A stretch of 64,000 nt of DNA, from contig CAVVIJ010000004.1 in assembly GCA_963748325.1 (NCBI GenBank), positions 1,983,122 through 2,047,121 on the forward strand, given 5' to 3'. The notes under the pieces were generated by a model. It saw only the letters and a program-made list of their open reading frames with translations, made no database searches and was not told where the DNA came from. Positions 57,112-64,000 of this stretch are shown here, piece by piece. A program made the position numbers and the translations under genes. The stretch comes from an uncultured delta proteobacterium (GTDB lineage: Bacteria; Desulfobacterota; Desulfuromonadia; Geobacterales; Geobacteraceae). Each line of letters begins with the position of its first letter. Within the stretch, counting starts at the first letter, position 1.

Positions 57112-58746
57112 TTATCCCTCTTTCTCGTCCGGCCGGGAGCTGAGCAGTTGGTCGCCATTCCCCCTTGTCAGCATGTAGCCGGATTCCATGGAGCCGGTGA
57201 CGTTGGCGTCTTCAACCGGTCCGACTTCGTCGATTGCACCGATGGCATAGGCGGGCAGGCCGTTCGCCACGCGGTAGCGTTTGATGGTGCGATCCTCGTA
57301 CTGCTCTTTTTCCTCGATGAGGTGTTGTTGCAGCAGCTTGGAGAGTTTCTCCAGCGTCCGGTCAAAGCGCCCGAGCAGGATGTCGATCTCCTTGCGTCTG
57401 ATCGTCAGCGGCGGGGCGATCAGCACGTGGTCGCCGGTCAGGCCGTACAGGGAACGGCGCGGATAGATCAGCAGGCCGTTGTCGCGGGCAATCTCGGTGG
57501 CTTCGAGAGCGACGTACCAGTTGGAGGGGAAGGGGGTGCGGTGCTCGCGGTCGCGCACGAATTCCACCCCTGCGAATAGCCCGCGTCCGCGCACGTCGCC
57601 GATGATCGGATATTTCGCCTTGAGTTGATGGAGGCGCTCGTGCAGGTAGATGCCGTACTTCCCCGAACGCTCCACCAGTTTTTCGTCGAGAATGATCTGG
57701 ATCGCCTCGCGGGCAATCGCCGCCGAAAGGGGATTGCCCGCGTAGGTGTGACCGTGCATGAAGCCGCCCGATTCGAGGATCGGCTCGACGAGGTAATCGG
57801 CCGTGATGATGGCGCCGATGGGGGAGTAGCCGCAGGACAACCCCTTCGAGGTCGCCACGATATCGGGCGTGATGTCCCAGTGCGCATAGCCGTAGAAGGT
57901 TCCCGTGCGCCCGCAGCCGGCCATCACGTCGTCAATGATCAGCAGGACGTTGTTTTCATGGCAGATGCGCTCGACCATCGGGAAATATTCGTCGGGAGGC
58001 ACGGCGGCGCCGGTGGTCGATCCGCCGATCGGCTCGGCGATAAAGGCGGCGATGTTGTCGGCACCATACATCCGGATCGTCGTCTCGAGCTCCTTGGCAC
58101 AGGCGACGCCGCATCCGGGGTAGCTCAGGTTCAGCGGGCAATGGTAGCAGAATGGCGCCGAGACTTTCGGCGGCGTGCCCGTCATGGAGATAAAGGGGAT
58201 ATTGAGCGGTGCATAGTTCGTTACCGCCAGTGCGCCCATGGTCGCGCCATGATAGGAGGGACAGCAGGAGAGAACGAGGTACTTGCCTTTTTGCCCCGTG
58301 CACCACCAGTACTGGCGTGCCACCTTCATCGCCGTCTCGACGGCCTCGGAGCCGGAGTTGACGAAAAAGACGCGGTTCAGTTCGGGCGGCGAAAGCTGCA
58401 CCAGCAGTTCAGCCAATTGGTCGGCGGGTTCGTTGTCGAATTGTTTGCGGTAGGCAAAGGCTATTTTCTCCAGCTGTTCGACGGCGGCTTTCATGATGCG
58501 TTCGTTGTGATGGCCGAGGTTGGCCGCAACGGCCCCGCTACAACCGTCCAGGTACTCCTTGCCTTCGGTGTCGTAAATATAGACCCCCACGCCGTGGCTG
58601 GCCGTTGGGAGTCGACCCTTGTCCTGATAGAACAGAAAGGACTTATTGAGTCCGGGGATACCCTCGCCGAACCCGGATTCTTTCTTCCTGGTGGCGCGGT
58701 GGGAATAAGCACTCGGGCTGTGATGACCAATCTTCTTAAGTGACAA
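57112..58746 (-). CDS. class-III aminotransferase with a ~90-aa C-terminal extension (non-ATG start)
   Basis: ..GVGVYIYDTEGKEYLDGCSGAVAANLGH..FVNSGSEAVETAMKVAR..IIDDVMAGCGRTG. There is no in-frame ATG near the 5' end. The candidate start is TTG at 58746 (GGGGG 5 nt upstream), or TTG at 58758 as listed. Confidence 0.8.
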   Translation of the reverse strand: MSLKKIGHHSPSAYSHRATRKKESGFGEGIPGLNKSFLFYQDKGRLPTASHGVGVYIYDTEGKEYLDGCSGAVAANLGHHNERIMKAAVEQLEKIAFAYRKQFDNEPADQLAELLVQLSPPELNRVFFVNSGSEAVETAMKVARQYWWCTGQKGKYLVLSCCPSYHGATMGALAVTNYAPLNIPFISMTGTPPKVSAPFCYHCPLNLSYPGCGVACAKELETTIRMYGADNIAAFIAEPIGGSTTGAAVPPDEYFPMVERICHENNVLLIIDDVMAGCGRTGTFYGYAHWDITPDIVATSKGLSCGYSPIGAIITADYLVEPILESGGFMHGHTYAGNPLSAAIAREAIQIILDEKLVERSGKYGIYLHERLHQLKAKYPIIGDVRGRGLFAGVEFVRDREHRTPFPSNWYVALEATEIARDNGLLIYPRRSLYGLTGDHVLIAPPLTIRRKEIDILLGRFDRTLEKLSKLLQQHLIEEKEQYEDRTIKRYRVANGLPAYAIGAIDEVGPVEDANVTGSMESGYMLTRGNGDQLLSSRPDEKEG

Positions 58747-58916
58747 TTGAACCCCCAAAAATGAAGCCTTTTAAAGGCTTGCGGCATGCCTGTGTCGCCA
58801 CACCGATCGGGCTGACAAGGGTAGTCCTGTGCTTTTCACTATAAACAACCCCTCTAGTTATGTCAAACCGGCACTGCTTGTTCTCGGCTTTAAGTTGCTG
58901 AAATTACGATGTAAAA

Positions 58917-59144
58917 TTGACGCGGGAGGGGATGCCGGCGCTCGTCCCCGCCATGCTGCGACTGGTGGACCTTTTGGCCGACGAGCGGGACATCACGATC
59001 CTGACGCCGGTCAATCACAAGGAGATCGTCTATCGCGTACTGGTGGGCGATCAGGGGTCGCGGCTGCGCCAGATCGCGGCAGCGGGGAGCCAGAGCCAGC
59101 AGGTCGCAAAGGCCATCGAGTGGCTGAAGGTTGTTGGAGTTTAA
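58917..59144 (+). pseudogene. AraC-family regulator N-terminal (AraC_N-like) fragment, HTH domain missing
   Basis: ..LRLVDLLADERDITILTPVNHKEIVYRVLVGDQGSRLRQIAAAGSQSQQVAKAIEWL then a stop. It matches the pattern of the AraC_N ligand domain as I recall it. It is divergent from the catabolic operon. Confidence 0.5.
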
Positions 59145-59847
59145 GCTACCATGCCCTTTCAAGGATGTTCTTCCCGAGTGCTTCAGCCTTCGCAAGTGCT
59201 TCAGTAGCGGCGACATCTTCCTTCCCGTGCATTCCCGGCACCACAATTGTGCCACCATCCCGCCAATTCATGTGTCTGGCAATCAGCTTGTATGTGGCAA
59301 CGAGCCCCTCGTACCAGGAGGAATCCGTATGACGTATCCTGAGAACAACGGACACTCTCGCTTGGTAAACTTGTTGGTCGGCTTCCAAGTTTGACCCGGA
59401 TCGGCGTCCAACTGTGACCCACCAGTTTACAAGATATCAGTAAGTTAAAAGATGCCAAATGGGTCAAACATTACGCCGATCATTGTCAATTTTGGAATCT
59501 GATTTACATTTGTGAATTCATTTGGGACGGAAAACAAATTATGTAAAACCCTTTGATTTACTTGCGCTTACGAACAAAGCCTACAAACAGAAGAAGGCCA
59601 CTTTTCCGGAGAAAGGTGACCTTCTTGATATTTAGCTCCCCAGCGTGGACGAACTTCGAACCTCTTGCAGTCTTTCGCAATAAAAGTATTACGCCAAATC
59701 ACGAATTCAACCAAAAATCATTCCACCAGTCCTAATGAAATCCACAAAGCGGATATTGCAAAAGCAAGCCGGTCTTGAAGCATCCACTATTTGCAAAATT
59801 GAGGTAAGATAATCAGTGTAAGCGTCCCTAAAAAGTAGCGCTTTCTT

Positions 59848-60228
59848 TCATGCCACACTGCTTTTAGTAATCAGGACAACACCTGCACAAACAAGAATGG
59901 TACCAGCCCATCGCAGTGGTGTCACCACCTCACCAAGAAAATATTGGGAAAGGAAGACAACCAGCACGTAATTCAGTGCTTGCATTGGCAATGCCACCGA
60001 GAGATCTTCCCAGGAAAGCACCGCCAACCAGAGCACAAAAAATACCGTGAGCATTACCGTGCCCAAAATAAGCTTGGGACTAATCAGCGCCTGTAAAAAG
60101 GCCTGCTTCATCCCTCTCAGGTTCATGGCGGAAATATCCCCGAGTTCTTTCATTCCCTTCGTCAATAGAATATCTCCGACAGTTCCTGATGTAACCGCCA
60201 GAAACATCACAATACCTGTTTTAAGCAT
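59848..60228 (-). CDS. small EamA/DMT-like membrane protein (single domain)
   Basis: 126 aa with 4 hydrophobic helices: ..GDILLTKGMK..LWLAVLSWEDLSVALP..AGTILVCAGVVLI. Confidence 0.65.
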   Translation of the reverse strand: MLKTGIVMFLAVTSGTVGDILLTKGMKELGDISAMNLRGMKQAFLQALISPKLILGTVMLTVFFVLWLAVLSWEDLSVALPMQALNYVLVVFLSQYFLGEVVTPLRWAGTILVCAGVVLITKSSVA

Positions 60229-60372
60229 AGGCTTTTTCCCTTCGCTGTATCCACAAAACTTCTAATCAATAGTGCCGAGTTGCTAAAAACAATGTGGAAG
60301 CTTACAAAAATGTGCATACGGATTTCACAGCAAAGTGAATTCTGACTGTAGCGGCCTACCAAGCTCACCACC

Positions 60373-63095
60373 TCAGTGCGCGCAGCGCCGCCTAATCCAC
60401 TTCTCGACTGAAATAACCGGCAGTACGATGCCTCCCGCAAGGATTGCCACCAGCCAGGCTCTCGCATCGAGTGCAGCAGACCCGAACATGTTTTGTAGTG
60501 GCGGCAGATACATGAAGCAGGCATGGAGCAGCAGCAAAACCCCTGTGCCCACAAATAGTGCAGGGTTTGAGAATGCGCCGAGGGAGAAAAGAGAGTTGCG
60601 GAATGAACGGCAATTGAACAGGTAAAATATCTGTGAGAACGTGACCACGGTAACGCAGATCGTCTGCGCTTCGGCAAGGGCCAAGGCATGTCGGGCGGCG
60701 CTTATGGGAGCGGCTCCTACTATGCGGAAGTATTCCCAGAGAAACAGCCCACATCCTGCTGCGGTCATGATCGCAGCCACCAAAATGAGCCGACAGATCA
60801 TGAAACGGGAGAAAATCGGCTCAGCAGCTGACCGGGGGGGAGATGCATAGCGTTCGGTTCTAGCATTTCAAAGGCCAACGGGACAGACAGGGTTATACTC
60901 GCCACCAGATTGATCCAGAGAGTCTGGGTCGGCGACATGGCCAAAAGAAGGACATTGCGACCTTCAACTGTCACCGTGGGAAAAAAGAACATGGCCACAG
61001 AAAGAATGGCGGCCAGGGCAAGATTGGTGGGCAAAATAAAGGCAAGGGACTTGATGAGGTTGTCGTAGACCCGGCGACCTTCCTCAACCGCGGCGGCAAT
61101 AGAGGCAAAGTTGTCATCTATCAATACCACCTTTGCCGCCTCCTTGGAGACCGAGGTGCCGGTGATTCCCATTGCAATGCCGATGTCCGCCCTCTTCAGT
61201 GCCGGAGCATCGTTTACGCCGTCTCCGGTCATGGCCACCACATGGTTTTCCGCTTGAAGCGCCTCCACGAGCCTGAGCTTATGTTCGGGCGCCACTCGCG
61301 CGAATACGTTGGTGCTCATGGCTGCAATACGCAGTTGTTTGTCCGAGAGGTATTCCAGTTCGCTTCCCGGCATTGCATTCTGTTCCGGTGTCAGCAGGCC
61401 AAGCTGGCGACCAATGGCTTCGGCCGTGTGCGGGTGGTCACCGGTGATCATTTTCACGGTAATACCAGCTCCCTGGCAAATACGAATGGCATCATGAGCT
61501 TCGGTCCGCGGAGGGTCCATCATGCCTATGAGTCCGACGAAGGTATAGCCTTCTTCTCCCTCACCCTGTAGAATACAGTTTTCGGAGATGCTTCGCCGAT
61601 GGGCAAAGGCAATCATGCGCAATCCCTGTCTGGCATAGGTTTCAATCGCATCAAGGATTTTGCTGAACTCCATCTCGCTGAGCGTGCACCTCTGCAAGAC
61701 GGTTTCCGGAGCACCTTTGACCAGGATACTTACCTCTCGATCAATGCAGTGCAGCGTAGCCATGAATTTCGTTTCCGATTCGAAGGGGATTACATCCAGG
61801 CGAGGATGCTGACCCCGAATATCATCGGCAGCCAGTCCCGCCTTATGTCCAGCAACCACCAGGGCAGCTTCCGTTGGGTCTCCGACCGGCGTCCATATAC
61901 CATCTGAGACACTCACGGCAGCGTCATTGCAGAGGATTCCCATAACGATCAGTTCCCGGAGCCCTGAAGGAAGAACCGTCAACCGGATACCGTCATGCTC
62001 AATCTCGCCGTCGGGGCTGTAACCAACTCCGGAGAACCGGTACTCACGGCCATCAACCCATGCAACCTGGACCGTCATCTCGTTGCGAGTCAGGGTGCCG
62101 GTCTTGTCGGAACAGATCACCGTAGTTGCCCCAAGTGTTTCCACCGCGGGAAGATACCTGACGACCGCATGTCGGGATGCCATGCGTCTGACACCAATTG
62201 CCAGCGCAATGGTAACCACCGCAGGCAGACCTTCCGGAATGGCCGCAACTGCCAGGGTCACGGCAACCATAAGCGATTCGCCGATGGGCGCATCCTTTAT
62301 CCAGATACCGAATCCGATTAGTATTGCAACGATCGCGACAACGGCGACGGTGATTCCCGTGGTAACTCTGGCAAGCTGTTTCGTCAGCGGGGTCATCAAC
62401 TGCTCCGTCTGATGGAGAAGCGCATTGATCCTGCCCAATTCGGTGGAGTCGCCGATTGCAACCACAACCCCGCAGGCCGTTCCCTTAATAACCAGGGTGC
62501 CACTGTAGGCCATTCCGAGGCGGTCCCCGAGGGAGGATTCGGGGGCCGTTGCATCCAGATGCTTTACCACCGGCAGGGACTCACCCGTCAGAGCCGCCTC
62601 CTCGATGAGAAGCTTTTTCGCCTCAATAATGCGCAGATCGGCCGGAACCTTGTCGCCGCTTTGCAGGGCAACAATGTCCCCGAGGACAAGTTCACGGGCT
62701 GGAACGGTGACGCGCTGTCCATTCCTGATGACCGTGGCGATTTCAGGGACCATGGCGGCCAGTTCATCGATGGCTCTTCCAGCCCGGTACTCTTGAATAA
62801 ATCCGATGATCGCGTTTATGACCACCGCAGCGAAAACCACGATTGCATCAGGAACCTTGCTCAACGATAGGGAGACGAAACCGGCCACGATCAGCAGCCA
62901 GCCGATCGGGTTATTCAACTGTCGCCAGAGCATTTGCCAAAGGCCGTCACCGCCTTTCCGGGTTAGTTCGTTAGCCCCCAGTTCCAGCAGACGTCTCGCA
63001 GCCTCATCAGCGGCAAGACCGGAAGGATCGCTATTCAGAGCAGTCATCGCTTCCTGCGGCGACAGCGCGTGCCAGGTTTGCTGTACTGTTTTCAT
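60373..63095 (-). pseudogene. P-type cation-transporting ATPase (P2-like) split by a frameshift in a homopolymer
   Basis: GGAGGA then MKTVQQTWHAL..TGESLPV..ICSDKTGTLTRNEM..MITGDH..VAMTGDGVNDAPALK..AFEMLEPNAMH | frameshift | PPRSAAEPIFSRFMICRLILV.. (listed ORFs 60798..63146 and 60373..60801). Confidence 0.85.
60834..60840. repeat. G7 (C7 on the coding strand) homopolymer at the ATPase frameshift site
   Basis: accGGGGGGGagatgcat. An 8-C or 5-C run would join the two ORFs through ..HLPPRSAAEPIF... Confidence 0.85.
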
Positions 63096-63225
63096 GGGAG
63101 AACTCCTCCAAACAGGGTGCAAGATGGTCATCTTGAGAAAATCCATAGATACAGGTGGTGAAAAATATTCATGCTGCCCTCACGGATAATCTGTTGTCGA
63201 TACACCGTGAGGTCGGTGCAAAACG

Positions 63226-63426
63226 TTATCCTGCCACTCTTCGAACTGTTTTGTCTGCAATCATTTCCTGCAGTTGGGCCAGCAACGCTCGCTCTTCAGG
63301 GTCGATAACACCGTCTTCATTGGCAATGTTAAGGATCTCTTCATATTCCGAATTTGAGAGCTCGTGGTCTTCAATAGCTCTGTTGATTGTTTCAACGAGT
63401 TTTTGGGCACTTTTACTAGACTTCAT
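63226..63426 (-). CDS. small acidic hypothetical protein between arsR and the ATPase
   Basis: MKSSKSAQKLVETINRAIEDHELSNSEYEEILNIANEDGVIDPEERALLAQLQEMI. It has a weak RBS (GTGAGG). The listed ORF extends to 63528. Confidence 0.45.
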   Translation of the reverse strand: MKSSKSAQKLVETINRAIEDHELSNSEYEEILNIANEDGVIDPEERALLAQLQEMIADKTVRRVAG

Positions 63427-63518
63427 GGCAACCTCACTATTAGCTGTTTTTATGCTCCGGGAAGAGCGGGGAGATGGTTGGCCATTCCGCGCCACCGGCA
63501 CTTTCGAGATAACAGACC

Positions 63519-63541
63519 TATCCACCAAAGTATGGTGGATA
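63519..63541. promoter_or_regulatory. perfect palindrome TATCCACCA-AAGTA-TGGTGGATA between arsR and the downstream genes
   Basis: Read directly: 9-bp arms and a 5-nt spacer, ~95 nt upstream of the small-protein start. Confidence 0.45.
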
Positions 63542-63656
63542 TGACATGACCTGTCACGCTGGTTTGAAAGTCCTTCTGAAAAAGAGGCCTTCCAAAGGAA
63601 TATCGATGAGTCTCGAAAATCGTTTCACCAAATTTCCCCTTCATGGCAATAGCGAA

Positions 63657-63935
63657 TTACTGCATCATGAGAGCGACAATCTGTTTTGCCAGGGGATGAA
63701 TGACCCGGTAATGCACTTCGACACCTTCGCGTTTTCCTGAGATGATCCCCTTGTTCTTGAGAAGGGCGAGATGCGCGGAAACTGTTGCTTGAGGAAGTCC
63801 GAGGCATTCCCCTATATGTTTTACGTTGCACTTCTTGGAGCAGAGGCCGGCAACGATCTTCAAACGCATGGGATGACCAAGCATTTTGTAAACTTCAGCC
63901 TCGTTATCAAAATTTCTGTTTATATCGAATTTCAT
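63657..63935 (-). CDS. ArsR/SmtB-family metalloregulator
   Basis: AGGGAG then MKFDINRNFDNEAEVYKMLGHPMRLKIVAGLCSKKCNVKHIGECLGLPQATVSAHLALLKNKGII. Confidence 0.85.
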   Translation of the reverse strand: MKFDINRNFDNEAEVYKMLGHPMRLKIVAGLCSKKCNVKHIGECLGLPQATVSAHLALLKNKGIISGKREGVEVHYRVIHPLAKQIVALMMQ

Positions 63936-64000
63936 GGCTGACTCCCTTTGATCGGACACATTCTTATACATGAGTATGTTTGCTACGATTTTTAACAACC

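Noticed and set aside
53296-58743. Long plus-strand ORFs across the GC-rich operon (53296..54561, 54534..56075, 56434..57579, 57625..58743).
   Set aside because: They are antisense to six well-supported minus-strand enzymes with tight start/stop coupling. They have no motifs and an Arg/Gly/Ala-rich composition.
58770-58795. Possible sigma-54 promoter (AGGCAT-N5-AAGCC, GG-N10-GC spacing) upstream of the catabolic operon.
   Set aside because: Only the GG/GC dinucleotides match, the flanking consensus bases do not, and no enhancer-binding protein gene is nearby.
59146-59388. 80-codon minus-strand ORF (..WYEGLVATYKLIARHMNWRDGGTIVVPGMHGKEDVAATEAL..).
   Set aside because: It has no ATG and no RBS, and I cannot assign a family. 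It is probably a C-terminal gene fragment.
59640-59685. GGTTCGAAG-containing stretch on the minus strand resembling a tRNA T-arm or att remnant.
   Set aside because: I could not build a complementary T-stem, an acceptor stem or a cloverleaf, and there is no adjacent integrase.

Overview
This is a 64-kb bacterial chromosomal window with a mosaic layout. The protein repertoire and repeat types look Desulfuromonadales/Geobacter-like, but that is inference only. All identifications come from reading translations and motifs by eye; no search was run.

- **1-16 kb, housekeeping-like.** It holds the 5' part of a P-type H+-ATPase-like gene (open at the window edge), a universal stress protein, a transaldolase/RpiB/CinA-like operon, CspA, and a 3042-codon cyclic beta-1,2-glucan synthase-like gene.
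- **16-33 kb, accessory patchwork.** It holds:
  - a lipoprotein and a truncated aldo/keto reductase;
  - an MNT-HepT pair whose toxin carries an in-frame TAG;
  - a methyltransferase/AraC pair and a DUF559 endonuclease flanked by GC-rich palindromes;
  - a HipA-like kinase followed (not preceded) by an XRE HTH gene, with four ATGCTAT-N4-ATAGCAT palindromes upstream;
  - a TPR lipoprotein and an orphan two-gene cassette;
  - a TetR gene flanked by two DUF4242 paralogues, and a radical SAM/SPASM gene.

  These segments are separated by same-orientation copies of one module (a gene 3' end, ...GKGTWYSVGR*, plus a GGCCAATCGGCC hairpin) and by a 23-nt core, CAGGTCTTGAAATATAAGCTTTT. I rank this as the most unusual structure in the window.
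- **33-38.4 kb.** It holds a Mo-hydroxylase pair, a MoCF-binding protein and an S41 protease.
- **38.6-46.5 kb, visibly AT-rich island.** It encodes secreted repeat proteins (PD40, Sel1, PQQ propeller) with several frameshifts and gene remnants.
- **46.6-51.6 kb.** It holds:
  - a TetR/4Fe-4S/SDR cluster, whose SDR is split by a 155-bp TA-flanked MITE; a second copy of the MITE sits exactly on the transaldolase stop codon;
  - a decayed outer-membrane-factor gene;
  - an NHLP-like protein next to an OYE flavoprotein.
- **51.8-58.7 kb.** This is a very GC-rich six-gene minus-strand operon: two class-III aminotransferases, CoA-transferase A/B, an M20 deacylase and a thiolase.
- **59.8-64 kb.** It holds an EamA-like gene and an ArsR/small-protein/P-type ATPase operon with a frameshift in a G7 run.

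I saw no rRNA, tRNA or CRISPR. At least 14 genes are truncated, frameshifted or interrupted.
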